A model generated the notes under the pieces. It did no database searches and was not told the DNA's origin. It saw only the letters and a program-made list of their open reading frames with translations. Below, piece by piece: positions 22,454 through 36,392 of a DNA stretch of 64,000 bases. Positions within the stretch are counted from its first letter, which is position 1. Each line of letters begins with the position of its first letter. The DNA lies in contig OZ316893.1 of NCBI GenBank assembly GCA_973895155.1, forward strand, positions 16,832,645-16,896,644, written 5' to 3'. The position numbers and the translations under genes were made by a program. The DNA is from Marsupella aquatica (Eukaryota; Plantae; Marchantiophyta).

Positions 22454-25400
22454 TTAATATTGGGGTAGGAAATATTTCTTGACACGGAACCCATTGATTC
22501 TGGTGTCGAGTTCTTGACCATCCAGCGTGGTGAGTGTAAGAGATCCATTTTCCCATACTTTAATCACATTATATGGGCCAAGCCAATGAGTATGTAACTT
22601 TCCAGGGAATAACATATATCTTGAATCGAAAACAAGAACCAAGTCACCTGCTTTAATATGTACTGTCTTCAGTTTTTGATCATAAATCAGTTTCCTTTTG
22701 GACTGTTGAGTATTAGTTTCTTGAAGGGCAAGGAAACGCTCTTCTTCCAATAAATCAAGGGTATCATATCGATAGTTTAAGCTGTCCTCTTTGTTCATCC
22801 TCTCTTCATCCAAAATTCTATGAGTAGGAACCTCAAATTTAACTGGTACAATACTATCTAATCCATATGTAAGAAAAAATGGAGTTTTCTTGGTGGTTAT
22901 CTTTTCTGCCGTTCAGTATGCCCACAGTGCTGAGGCTAACTTGGTATCCCAATCAACCTTATGAGTGGAGACCATTTTATTCAAAATCTTACCCATTATG
23001 CTATTAGCTCGCTCTGTTAGTCCATTTGCTCGGGGGTTGTATGGTGTGGTCTTTCGATGCTTAATAAGGTACTTGGAGTTAATAAGGTCAATAGTTTTAT
23101 TCAAGAAATGTAAGCCCCTATCACTCACCAGCTCCAAAGGGCAACCAAATCGGGTAATAATGTGTTCGAATAAGAAGGTAGCTGCAGTGTCTTCATTGTT
23201 CAATCTAGTATGTTTGGCTTCAACCCATTTTGTGGCATAGTCAGTTGCTAAAATAATATACCGGCTTCTGCTATATCTAGCTGCAGGGGTTATGGGACCA
23301 ATAAAGTCTATACCCCATTTTTCAAAGGGGGCAAGTGGCAAGATTGGAGTCAAAGGCCATTTGGAGGATGGAGTTGGTTTACCTATCTGTTGGTAGGGAT
23401 CACAACTTTTTATAAACTGATAAGTATCCTTGTGCATGGTAGGCCACCAATAACCGGCACCCTTAATTTTTTTAACATTAGTATTTACTGCAAAATGTCC
23501 TCCAGTTTGCTCCGTGTGCATAGCAAGGATTACTCAGGATATTTCTCGGGTTTCCAAACATCGATGCAATTTTTGGTTGGAAAGCAATTTAATTAGAACT
23601 CCTTTAATCAAGGTGTAAGGGCCAACCTTATGCATAAATACCGATTTCTCTTCAGCAGTAAGTCCAGGTGGATAGGTTCCATGTGTGAGCATTTGAACTA
23701 TATCATAATATTTAGATTCCTCTCCTTCAATATGCCAGATATGCTCATCAGGGAAATTATCTTCTAGAGGTTCTACACTCTCTTGACCAGGTAAGCGGGA
23801 GAGACAGTCAACATTATCATGATGCTTACCGGCCCGGACTTCAACTTCATAATCAAACTCTTGAAGTAGGAGTACCCATCGTGGTATTCTTTCGCTCAGG
23901 TAGGCCTGATTGACTAAGTACTTAAGAGAGTATCTGTATGGAAAATGGTCTTATAACCCAACAAATAATGTCGGAACTTTTTACAAGAAAATATTACTGC
24001 CAGAGCTTCTCGTTCAGTGACTGTATAATTTTTCTCAGTTGAGTTCATTTGGCGACTGGCATAATAAATAGGGTGGTCCTTTTTATTTTTGTCAAGTTGA
24101 CTTAAGGCTGCACCAACACAAAAAGCATAGGCATCTATATAGACATGAAATGGCTTTTCCCAATTTGGTGGTTGAAGTATGGGGGCAGAGGTCAGTTTGC
24201 TTTTCAAGGCATCAAAAGCTAGCTGTCGAGCTTCATTCCATATGTAATCCACATCTTTCTTTAATAACTGTGTAAGGCTCATGGCCAATTCAGCATAATT
24301 ATGGATGAAGCGTCTATAGTACCCAACATATCCTAGGAACGCCCAAAGTTTTTTCAAATTACTTGGAGGCTGTAAGGCTTGGATAATACAAACTTTTTCA
24401 GTATCCACTTCAATTCCTCTTTGTGATATGACATGACCTAGAAAAATTCATTCCTTCATTCCGATAAAACATTTATCTGGGTGGAGGCATAGCTGGGACT
24501 CTCGGCATCTCTGAAAAGTTTGCTCAAGATGATGTAAATGAAGTTTTGCAGCTCCATAAACACAAAAATCATCTATGAATATTTCTAAAAAAATTCTGAG
24601 AAAATCCTGGAAAATAATCATCATGATTCTTTGAAAGGTGCCTGGGGCATTCCATAAGCCAAATGGCATCACTTGAAATGCATAAGTCCCCCAATCTGTA
24701 GTAAAGGTTGTTTTATCTTGGTCCTCTTTTCTTATGGATACTTGATTATAACCAGAGTAGCCATCTAAAAAGCTGTAAAGTTCATGAAGAGCCATCATAT
24801 CCAAAACCATATCAATAAAAGGTAAAGGGTAATGATCCTTGCGGGTGACATCATTAAGTTTTCTGAAATCCTGACATACTTTGATCTTTGGTTTACCATC
24901 CGGTCCAGGCTTCTTTGGAACAATTACAATTGGTGATACCCATTCACTACTGAGTATTGGATAAATAAAACCGGCTGATAGTAACTTATCAAGCTCCTCC
25001 TTAACCATAATGGAATACTTTGGATTTAGCCGATACTTGCGTTGTCTTACTGGTATAGCCCCTGGTAACAAATCAATTCTATGTTCTCCCAATTTAGGAT
25101 GTATACCTTTAAGGTCAGTGTGACTCCAGGCAAAGACATCTCGATATTGTTGTAGCAAGGAAATATACTTCTCTCTTAATTCCCCTTGTATATGGTCACT
25201 AATATTTAGAAACTTTCCTAGTTCAATCTCCACCTTCTGACACTTCCTCGGGTCAACTATCCCATCAGTTAAATTAGCAGGAGTTTTCTCCCATGATCCC
25301 TCCAAGGCTAGTAAGTCACTGTCAGATCCCGACCCCCTGGTTAATTGTCATTTTGGTACTAACCCAATACTTTCTTCTTCTGTCTCAAATACTGAGAGAT

Positions 25401-25760
25401 AATTAACTTCTAAGAATTTTTGAGTAGTAGTTAGTAGATTAGAGTCCGAGAAATCAGAAGTATATCCGTCGTCACTTTGTGTTTCTCCTTGGTATTGGTC
25501 ACTAACCCAACGTAAGGTCACTTTAGGGTTTCCAAAGGATAATTCCTGATTCTTCCAGTTCACATTTACTTTGGCTTTATATAACCAAGGTCTGCCTAAG
25601 AGTACTGGAAAGCTGGAAGGAATATCAGGATTAATCACAATATAATCCAATAAAAAGGTAAGTCCAATGATGTCAGTGGGTACCTTCAACAATCGCCCTT
25701 TTGGAACCACTCTGGATTGATCAGCCATTCTCAATATCTTCTAGCGTCATCACTTTGATG
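22454..25760 (-). pseudogene. Ty3/Gypsy pol (protease, RT, RNase H, integrase), disrupted
   Basis: VLLGRPWL; SEWVSPIVIVPKK, VCQDFRKLN, DGYSGYNQ, MPFGL, FIDDF; YTVTEREALAV; PFEKWGIDFIGP, SDRG, NGLTERAN; WLGPY...INGFRVKKY. Confidence 0.95.
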
Positions 25761-27017
25761 ACATCCCTGCCAGGGTGCAGTCCTTCTTGGACTATCGGTT
25801 TGGCGATAGTCCAAACCCGGGCGGACCTTCCTCAATTGCAGCATTGCTCGGCTTTCCTATGGGAACACAGGGCCCCATGGCACCTCCTCTAGTAGCACCT
25901 GTGGCCAACTTTCCCGCATCAAAACAAGCACAGATGCCACCCCAGGCACCCTTAAGCCGCTCTCCCCCACTGGTTGCACCATCTACTTGTGCGCGGTCTG
26001 TGGTGAATGCAGTCAACCTCAGCTCAGAGGATGAGGAAGCCCCTTCCCTTCACCGCAATCCACTAGGTACCTATCACCCTGGGGCGGGTATCGTGCCACC
26101 GTCCCAATCCCAAACCCGGGAGGCAATCCTGATAGACAACACGGTGACGGTTACAGCCCCAACACTAGTACTAACGGCAAGGGTCATTGTAACGTGCAAG
26201 GAAATAGTAAAAACATTCCTCGCACGGGAACATTTTCTCCTCCATATATGCAAAATCTGGCATGGTTATCACCTTGCTAGCATGACTTGAAACTTGCTAG
26301 GACAAAACTAATCTGTTAAACAACAGAAAATTCACTATTCCACTCAATAACGAAACCTGTCGTGGACGGTACATTTGTACATATCACGTATTTCACGCAC
26401 AATTGGCCACTCAAAGCAACAATAAGTGACCATACTATTTGAACATACGTCAGGCCAGCAAAATTGCTAGCAATCGTGCCACCCATAATTCTTGCACGAA
26501 CTTTGGCATGCGGTCCTTAACAACGTGAAACAATCATCATGATAACAGACAAGGAGCGCATCCAAGGACAGAATCCAAAGCTTCATCCGGCCGTCGAGCG
26601 TGACACCCGCAACAGACAAGATCCCAAACCGTTGGGAAGGATCGATCTCCCACTATCCACCATCCCCTATAGAAACATCTCCCTCGCACCTTTAGAAACA
26701 TTTCCATTCATTCCATTTTGGATACTCTTTCGAGCTCTCTTTCTGTTCAACGTGGGACTCGAAACGCGCTTCTCTTGTTGTCATCGCGGGAGTCAAAGCC
26801 CTGTTGTGACTTGTGCTACTGTTGTTACAGCATTACATCAAGTTCCTCCTCAATCACAAGCACGATAGATTTGGCAGTCGGATCCGGATTGAGGTATCTC
26901 CGTTCTCTGTCATCTGTTTCCCACCTGCTGTTTGGTATTCTCTCAGGTACTCGTTGTCATCGGCTTTCTAGTTTGTCAACATAAGTAGACCTTGCATAAG
27001 ATTGTAAGTAATCTGAA

Positions 27018-27614
27018 TTGCATTGGTTTCTGTTACAGGGAGAAATGGCACGGAACGAGAGTAGAGCTCCTCCAAAATGGATTTTCAAAGTCGGGCGATA
27101 TTATGCCAAAACGGACGATCCACTGGACTCCCCACCAAGGTCCCCTCCACCGAAGCAGAGTACTGTCAACACTGTAGTGAAGAGCAATACATCTCCTTCC
27201 AATTGCGTGGCTCCCGTTGTCTCCAAGGACTCAAAGGTTGCCGCACCTTCTAAAGAGACGTTGTCCAAGGCGGTCTCCCGAACACCATTGTCTTCTCGCT
27301 CAAATGTCCCTATCTCTAAGGGGGTTTCTGAGAAGTGCAAGAGAGAAGAGGAGGAGTCATACTGGAGGACCTCGAGATCCACAACTATTGGACGGAAAAC
27401 GTACTCGCTTCCTCCGACTATGATACAGTCTCCGACTTTGATTTCGACGCGTACAAGGCATCGAGCCCTTAAACAGAAGTCCAATATCAGTAGTCCATCT
27501 TCTAGGGGGCATAGACATTTTGTAATAGTGTATTGTATCCTGAGTCTGGTCCCTGGACCTTGGAGTTGCAAAGAGTTCTTGGACATTTCACGTGTAACAA
27601 AGTTATATGTCTAA
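27018..27614 (+). CDS. Ser/Pro/basic low-complexity ORF, possible further MULE-B cargo exon
   Basis: 198-aa ORF with a possible TTACAG acceptor at ~27038 before MARNESRAPPKW; no domain recognised. Confidence 0.3.
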   Translation: MHWFLLQGEMARNESRAPPKWIFKVGRYYAKTDDPLDSPPRSPPPKQSTVNTVVKSNTSPSNCVAPVVSKDSKVAAPSKETLSKAVSRTPLSSRSNVPISKGVSEKCKREEEESYWRTSRSTTIGRKTYSLPPTMIQSPTLISTRTRHRALKQKSNISSPSSRGHRHFVIVYCILSLVPGPWSCKEFLDISRVTKLYV

Positions 27615-28027
27615 ACATCTTTGTTCATTTTGCAATAAAATCTTGAGAAGTTTGTCAGATTGTAATGTTCCAACCTGTCCTATTATTGCTAGCAACATCG
27701 CTAGTAAAACTATGCATGACTACAATGGTTTGTTTTCTTGCACACATGAGTTATGGAACTCTAAGTTAAGTAGATCTTCGTCAAACAGTACCCGTTTAGC
27801 ACAAAACCAAAAACAGTTACTTCACGAGTTTAATGCCAGCAACATCGCTAGCAAAATAAACAACAATGTGGACACTTACTGAATCATAATAGACCCTCAC
27901 TAACATTACATACACAATATAATTAGTGAGGTACAGGACCTTCCTCTGTTCTGAAAACCAGAAGGCAACAAAATGAGGGACGCAGAAATGTTCACCTCAA
28001 TGGATAATAGAGATTAAGTCAACTACA

Positions 28028-31000
28028 CTACAACAGAATCAAACTCCTCACTTCAGCAGCAGTCAAAATTGGCTGCTTCACAAGATCGTCTCTCTCTAGA
28101 TTCAGTGAAAAATTATTTAAGTACACCCACAGGAGGTGTTTACAAGACATGTGTGTGTCTCTTGTAGAAGTCATCACATGAACAAGAAGGAAAGCAAGTG
28201 GACCCAGCACTGGTGTGCAATTTTAGAATCTGTCTTGTGAGTGACGATAAGATATTGCCATCCCCACCCGTTTCCGAGACATATCTTCTCACTTCCAATG
28301 ACTCTCTTATGTTTGCCAGTTGCAGATCGAATGCGTTTAAGAAGCTCCGGGGTGTTCTGGAAACGTTGACGAACGCCTTTCCCATTCCAGGTCTTGAATG
28401 TACGGTCTGGACAACCAATGTCAACTCTTTTTGGGAAGGCGTTCACATCAATTTGGAGGTCAACACGATTTGGAGAAGAGAATGACCCGATCATTGCTGG
28501 ACCAGAGTATGATAATCCTCTGATTTGAAACCCGTTTTGAAGAAGAAAGTCAATCTCTGTTGGGGACAGCCTGGTCCCTCGCTGGACCTGCAATGCCTCA
28601 GGTGGTTCTGAAAGCTGGGCAAGAGTCCTTTTGCCACCTGTTTTATGGCACCTATTATTCGGACAGAGTACAGAAGCTGACAATGTGGAGAGGACAACCT
28701 CAATCCATGAAAGGCAACACCAACAACTCCAGCCCGGAATGCCTTCAATCCAGTTTCTTTGATGAGATTCCTGCACTAATCTCTTCCAAACACACTTTGG
28801 TCCACTCGTCCATTGCAAATATGTCCACTCCCTTTTCCACTCCGCCTCAAGTGCCAGGTCCCATACGTCACATCAACCTCTTCAATAAAAGGGATCCTTT
28901 GGGGTGCATCCCGAATTTCATCCCGATTATTTTGAGACGGTGGTATTTCTCCAACATAGTTTGGGTCCTATGTTGCATCTCCACGGCTTCGTTCTTCACC
29001 ATCATCTGATATATTAATAACTTCACAAGGGAGGGGAGGTCTAAGGCAAGTGGGATTGTCTTCATTGTCAGGAAAGTCAGAAGGTCCACCAATATCAGAA
29101 GCACCGCTAAAGTTACTAAATTTGGTGTAAGATTTCTTCTTTTCAAACTAGACAACGATGCTACTATGCGCAATATCTTATCATGTCAATGAGAATAGTT
29201 TTCATGAATAGAAGCAAAAGCACTACCCTTCCTTTTTCCTTGCGTTGTTCTAAGATCTCCATGTAAAGGCATTGTTCTATAGAACTCATATTTTCCAGAG
29301 GATTCAAATAGTAGATTGGATGCCTCCTCATAGGCATCCAACGACCCCATTGTATCTGCATTTCTATAGGCCAACTCAAATATTGTAGGACCATTGCCAC
29401 GATGACACCCTTCCAAGTATGCAGTGAACGCTGCAATTTGTCCCGTTGCTCAATTCTGGTCAACTTCACAGGCTTCCATCAAACCATTTTTCTTCTTCGG
29501 CTGGCAGGAACGCATTGATGCGTGAGAAGATTCAGCTCCCGCACAGTTTGGCATCAAAGCAGACTCCCTTGCAGTTTGCGTCTGGAAAATAAACAGAGTT
29601 AACACTTGTATTCACTAGCGATATGTCTAGCTTGAGGCATACTCATGTTTGAGTCAGTGACAGAAAAACCTTTACAAAAAGAAGTATTATGGCTAGCAAT
29701 CTCGCTAGCTTTAATGCATCACAAATAATGGCCCGGTACTTACCACCCAAATAAAGTTACCCCATTGTCTCCACTGCACAACCCACCATGAAATCCACCC
29801 TTGGAGTGATTTAAGCTTGGAACCTGGGTGACAATTCCCTTCTTTCCACCATTTCTGAATGTTGTCGGCTATACAATATGCTTCGACGTATGTTGGAGCA
29901 ATTCTTAACTTCTCCCACATCTTATAGTGCTCCGCATGACATCCCTCCTTGATTCCCTCCAAAGTGTGTCTTCTGAGGGATTGAGAGAAATGGAAAGCAT
30001 CACTATGCTCTTTCATTGGATTTCTGACACCCCCCAAAAATACCCTTTGGATAGCAATCCACCCAGCCTCCGCATTGTCTGCTATGAATCCTCCAATAAT
30101 GGGATTATTCACTCCATTCTTGGATGTGACATCTACCATTAACCTCCACGCAGTCTCAAGCGACTATGTGTCTTTGGCTCTCAACTCACAAGTGAAAATT
30201 GTACACAAAGCGCGTTAATTATGGTCATACACGTGTGCGCTAAAGGTCAACCATCCAGTAGTGATACGATGCATCACGTCAAAACTCACCAAAGAACCTT
30301 CCAAAACTCCTCCAGACTCCATGCTCCTCAAAATTTCCACACCAGATCCAGGACCATTTGTACTCATTTTGAATACATGCGCTCGATCATTTCTGTTTCC
30401 TTGACCAGGAAACAGGTACCTTTGCACAAAAGGGAAATTATTACATGATTGCATTTCACAAAGTGAGTCAAGTTCTCCTTTTTGGGGATTATCCATCTTC
30501 ACACTACGAAGAATAGCTTGGAACTTTGGAGTGGTCAAAACCACTCCAATCGAACTCCAAATTTCTTTCTATTCTTCTCTTGACAATTGAGCCGATGATT
30601 CTGGATGCAATAGGGAGACTAGGTTCCCAATTGACCGGTTTCTCAGACATGCAGGAGTTGAGACTAGATTCAACCTATGGACTCCTTAAACAACATCTTC
30701 CGTTGTTTTTCTTGTAGAATGAGATTTTCCCTTCCAAACGGGGTGGTCATTGAATCCCATATGCACAGCCAATCTGGACATATGCATTGAAATGTGACTC
30801 TCCAAACCTAGCTTAGGGTATACATACAATAGTTTTGTCGGGCAATCTCGAATACAGAGAGGCCTCTCTTCACAGAAGCCATAGACGAGTCCACCCTCAC
30901 TCACTTGCTCTCCAAGACGAAAGATGTCAGTCAGCAACCCTTTGCCTCTAAAAGTGCAGTCATTTTTCACTCAAGTATGTTTCAACTTCCGGCAACCCCA

Positions 31001-31813
31001 ATTATGGCATTCAAGAATGCTATCACAACGGACTTTTGACACAGCCCAATGAAACCTTGGCTTCAAATTTTCAAATGTAGTGACGAGTCTAGTCCAAGGA
31101 TAGCCATCCTTCTCTTGAACCATATCTTGGAGACCTCCTCCGTGCCCGACCCCCTTGACTGTAGGAAGTTCAAAAACAACGTTACCATTGTATGTCGATG
31201 GCGGACTCAAAACCTGACATTCATTCAATTGATTCCCTCTTCTAAATTGTGCAAGTTCACTTGCTCCACTGATATTGAGAAAAGCGTCATAAGCACTCAT
31301 CCGATACACTATGGTCATGCTATCCCCAGTCCTTTGAATCAATTTTGTCACTAACCCTTTGGGTTCGGAACCACCTCATGACTTCACCGACCCACAAGAT
31401 GTGTCTTGCCTTAGACTATCTAGAGATATTTCAATGACATCGGGAGCTATGTCTTTGGGAGGCATCCCAAGATCAATCATAGGAGTTTGATTACCGGGAG
31501 CTAAATCCACTGGTTCCAGAATGACATCAGGAAACTCATCTTTACTGGACAGAACCTTGACATAAGATCCAACCTTCAGTGTCCAAAATTCGGGGGAAGT
31601 ACTATTGTCCTCTCTCAACTCGTGACTCCGTGTTCCATTTTGAGAATACAACTCAAACAACTTCATGATGAGGTAATCTTTTGGTATTCCAAAACGAGTT
31701 GCAAGGAATGACTCTGTCACCCTCACCTCTGACGAACCAGGGATACTTGGCAGTACAACCACATCTCCCATGATTCTATGCTCCAAAACCACCTTGGAAT
31801 TCATCGAGATCAT
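28028..31813 (-). pseudogene. MULE-type transposase (GCM-like Zn, DDE, SWIM), many stops and frameshifts; intron 29582-29743
   Basis: Blocks homologous to MULE-A: GDVVV...ATRFG, VFELP, FKMSTNGPGSGVE, FDVMHRI, GFIADNAEAGW, SDAFHFSQS, MPNCAGAESSHASM, FPSCSCDDF...CKHLLW. Confidence 0.88.
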
Positions 31814-33523
31814 CTCTTCTCAGGATACAAAAAATAAAACGACTATGTTTTGAATCGTCCATACGACTCTTATTTGGAGGACCAAAACTTTGTTCATCCC
31901 AATGGAAACAACACATCGACCAAATTGTCAGATAGTTCCCGTTGATTTGACCGTTATTTTTTCTTTTACTCAATGTATTGGGACGGTTCCCATGCTAGCA
32001 ATCTTGCTAGCTTGGGTGTGCATGTTTTTGGACAAACATCCTGTTGATTTTGACCTCTTTTGAAGGAGATCTGTATCATGGTTTTTATGCTAGCGATATC
32101 GCTAGCCAAAAAGTAAATCCAATGTTTACAAATTTTACCGTTAGGATTCCATTGGGAATAGTCAATGGGTACCATAATGTCAACGGTACAAATTACAGTT
32201 GACACCTATACCATTTTGTATGGATAAGATTATCCTTGTCGTGAAGGTTGTTCTTTGGGTTTTCCAAAAAGTACAACTAGTGGTCTATGCCAGGAGATTT
32301 CTATTATTCCTTCCATCGTACTATCGATCGGTGTCAGTATTCACTATCGTAACTGTGTAAGGCTTTGTTGGGAGTTCCTAACAGTTTGTACGGCTGTCCT
32401 ATTTCTCCTAAAGGCGGTGCGGTGTGGACGTTTTTCATGCGTGCAATTGCTATAGTCTCTGGACATGACCACTCTTCTCCGAAGGGGTTTATTTCATGGA
32501 GTCATCGTTGTCTCTAGAGACTATTTCTTCGAGAGGATCATTTTAGTTGAGGGAGTCGACAAGGAGAGAAACCAGGTCAACAGCTAACAAGAAGGCGCTT
32601 GTAGTGGGCTTGAAGACTCCTAGACGACACAAGATGGTGACGGCGGTAGATGTTGTGGCTCCTGTGTTTGATCCGAGCGCTTCGAAACCTTACACGGTTG
32701 TCATAAACCGTCATCTTCACTCATTCGGAGTGAATGAGTTTGGATTTGCATTGGCTCCCCCTCAAATTCCTCTCTGCCGGATGAGGAACATGCAGATTGT
32801 TTGGTCTCTGCAGAAGGATTCCACTGTGATAGACACATTGAAGTCCGAGTTCAGAATGCAGGGTTACATCAAAGATGCGCCTCGCTTTTACGTTCAGATG
32901 ACAAACAAGGATGGAGAAATCCAGATGTGTATCGATGCCATCCGCGAAACTTGGGATGATATTTGGGTGTTGCAGAACGAGGAGTTTGAACGCGAATGTG
33001 ATTCTCATGTTTCTTTCCAGATTCTCAAGGACAAAATGTTTTGTGTTTTTGATGGAAACCACCAATTGTATTCGTGGGGCCAACTGGCGGAAGATCATCC
33101 AGACAATATTAAGTACCATCCTCGAGTTGTCTGCAAGATTTTCAAGGGTGAAAAAAACTCTTTTGTTCAGATTAAGTCGGCAATGCACGCATTGAACAGG
33201 TGCAAGTTCTCAGGATAATATTTTTCTGAAATTCCTTTTTTACCATATCACTTTCAGCTAGCGATCTCGCTAACATGAGAATGATGTGGAAGGTTAACTC
33301 AATGTCCTGTAGAGAACTCCTGGGTTTTGGAGGCTGAACGCGTCCAGAAGATTTTGAACAATGACTTGTCCGTTTACAAGGATATCATCGACGCTGAGAA
33401 TTACAAACTTTTCCAACATAAGATGGCAAACATGCGAAGGCCGCCTGGTATTCAAAGAACATGACACTGGATGCCTGCACTTATATACTATTCGCTGCTA
33501 ACATTGCATCGCAGACCGAGGAC

Positions 33524-36392
33524 CTGAGTTATGCCTACTGTCCCTGAGTCGAGGATCCTTACCTCTTCAGAGAAGACGAAAGCTTCGCTAATCCTTGACA
33601 TTGAGGAGGATTTTGAGGATTTTCAAACTCATTTCTTCAAGCAGATTTGGCCCCCCAAGACAAGAGAGAAGATCAAGATTGCATTGTTTCGGAGGAGAGC
33701 GAAGAGATACACTATCAATTTTTTGTAGACAGGGAAGTAGCAGACAAATTCTACTGGTGGTCCTACCCAGCTTGCTTCTCCCCATGGATAGCAGGAGTTA
33801 AAGAGGACCCTACAGGTGATAAGTTTGGGGAATATTGTATGTTTCCTTGCAAGGGAAGTGAAGCTCCAAGGAGATTGAGCGAGTGGGAGGTTCTTCACTG
33901 TCCATGGTATTTGAACTCGGACAAATGGTCTATGTAATTAGGTGATTATTCCAAAAAGAGAGTTAAAGTACCAAAACCATACATTTTAAAAAATTTTAAG
34001 TTTTTATAAGGCCCTTTAAGCAAAATTAAGTTAGTATAAGCTCAAATGGGTAAGGATACCATTGGAAGACGTCAAGGCTACTCTGGTTTTCACATATTAG
34101 AAGTCAAGACGGCAAGAAGTTGAAAGGAGCTTCGGAGGTGATCGCCAAGCAGGTGGCTGTCTTGTCTACTACTGGTGATACCTATCTGACACCCTACTTG
34201 GCGCACATTTACTTTTCGAGAGGCTGCTTATCACCAGTGGAGCTGAGCGATTGGAGGAGGAGAGCGAGACACTTTGAGCTACCTCAGCCAGAGTTAGTGA
34301 GAGAGTTGACTCCACCACCGACGACATCTCCGAGACCCCCTCCAATGGAGCAGACGACAGCACCAGATCTACCAGGGATGACTTCTCCCTCTTTTGTTGC
34401 TTCCACTTCTTATCCGTCATGGACTGATTTTGTTGGTGATGCTGAGCGACTAGCTAGTGTGGTTGGTTTCAACCAGCATTTGGTAGATGAGGCCACTAGA
34501 CTCTTGAGTTGTACCCCTCTACAGTTACTTGACTGTATTCGTGCTTTGCTTTCCGAGTCTCGTACCGTCCCACCCACTCATGTTTCACCCCTTGCACCTT
34601 CACCACAGCCTGATCACCCTATGGATGTGGATGAGCCGGAGCTACCTATTGCTGACCCTTCACTCCCTCCTCCATCCTCACCTACACCCCCTCTACCTGA
34701 TCCCATTCTTTCCCCTATCCCTCCTACATTTTCACCTGAGCACCCTCCATCTCCTACCCCTGAGCCTTTACCCCCTTCACCAGTACCCCCTCCAGATCCA
34801 TTTTCCTCTATTCCTGAACCTATTCCTGAACCTATTCCTGAACCTATTCCTGAGACTGAGCCTGAGCCTGAGACTATAGAGCCTCCCAATGTACCATTTA
34901 TAGCTCCTACTCCTTTGATGTCTCAGCCTCCTATTGTCTCTTCTGTTGCCGACATTGAGCCTCTTTTTGTCTTTCCCGCCCAGTTTGATAGGATGATTAC
35001 GTCACTCATCGACGCACACACTCCTCTTGCACCTCCTTTACCTCCACTTATGTTTGGTCGTGAGTCTTTTCCTTTTCCACACACCTACGACATGGTTCTG
35101 ATTTCTCGTGGTATTCTATGGCTACCTATCGACAAGCTGAGATTACCCACGATTGAGACTCCTGACCTTTGGAGTTGGGTTTATCGTTGTAGAAAGGTCA
35201 TAGCACCTTTCCCTCTTCCAGCTCCAGACATTCCATGGCCATCAGATTACTTTGTTTGGATCGGACCGGATGGACATCCCATCCGGAAGACCAGTGAGCC
35301 TCGTTTGATTCGTTACCGTGAGGACCTTTTCCGTCGACAGTATTTGAAGGGACAGAGGACCAAAGGGAAGATAGCCCTTGGTTATGTAGCTCGCCTCCCT
35401 CTACTTGTAGTCGACCCTCCTCCTATTACAGTATGAGATTAGTATTTTATTTTGTAGACTTTTACTTAGCTTTGACCATTTGACTATCCCTTAGTCAAAG
35501 TTGACTTTTACTTTACTTAGTTTAGACTTAGGAAATGAAGAGGCATGTCTCTTCATTCTCCTTAGCCCGTGGGCGATCTCATGTACTTATTGTGATACCA
35601 GTCTCATTTTGAGACAGTGTGGATAGTTATTTGCATCTCCTCATGTTGGAGTTTTGTCCCTTGTACGTGTAATGCAATTTTGCAAGGAAGATTCGCATAC
35701 CTTGGAATTTGATTACTTGTGCTAGGAGTCTACCCCTCCTTCGTATGGTAATGCATGTTGCAATTACCGTAAGAAGTAAAACCCATAAAAATACAGTTTG
35801 TGGAATGTATTAGAAGATCCGTTGGTCGGTGCCTAATCCAAACTACAACATTTGTTGTCCATTTCTGTATTTACATGAAGGACTTATCTTTGGAAGATAA
35901 GTATTGCATGAAATCAAGGAATAGAAATCTATATGATTAAGAAGTAGCGACATTCTTAATTCACGGATTTGAAGTACCATTGTGGTATACTGAATGTGCA
36001 TTAGTTTTTCTTTGGAATTGCGCATCGCTGAAGAAGGAAACATGTTGCCGGCATTTTAATGACACACTACTATACACACAATCTGAAACTTATCTTGGGT
36101 TTTGTGAGCATAGACACTTCTTAAACATAGATTTATGATAGAAACCTAGAGAGCAGCTATAGCAAGGTTATGTTTGACTTATCAACGTCTCAAATAATGC
36201 CATAGCTCTTTCTTAAGACATGGTGACGGAGTTAAATATTGCTAAACTATACCTCTAAAAGCTCTAAGATTCTGTTGTCCAGCAAATGTCACTTTGTTCT
36301 TATTTTATTAATTCCTTGTGTTTTATTTAAGATTCTATTTTTCTTATAGATGTTGAGTACCATCTCTAAACCACTCAAAACACTTTAAAACA
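33524..36392 (+). mobile_element. Composite retroelement/LTR-derived insertion within the MULE-B accessory gene
   Basis: Contains ORF 34120 (homologous to the Gypsy LTR ORF), AT-rich non-coding DNA ending ...TTTAAAACA, and no GCTAGC palindromes; boundaries approximate. Confidence 0.5.
34120..35436 (+). pseudogene. 5'-truncated Pro-rich Gypsy-associated extra ORF
   Basis: EVIAKQV...YLTPYLAHIYFSRGCL aligns with RVILSQV...TLPAYLCQLYFHGNCL of ORF 20050; 12-bp PEPI repeats at ~34810-34870. Confidence 0.6.

Larger units (their letters stand above)
18016..26275 (-). mobile_element. 5'-truncated non-chromovirus Ty3/Gypsy element (gag remnant, pol, long 3' LTR)
   Basis: pol at 22454-25760; PPT GAGGAGGGAG then TTA-TGTAA at 22415; degenerate gag zinc-knuckle region at 25780-26270; no chromodomain after the GPY motif. 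Confidence 0.85.

Noticed and set aside
25775-26290. Plus-strand 171-aa ORF
   Set aside because: Antisense shadow of the degenerate Gypsy gag on the minus strand.
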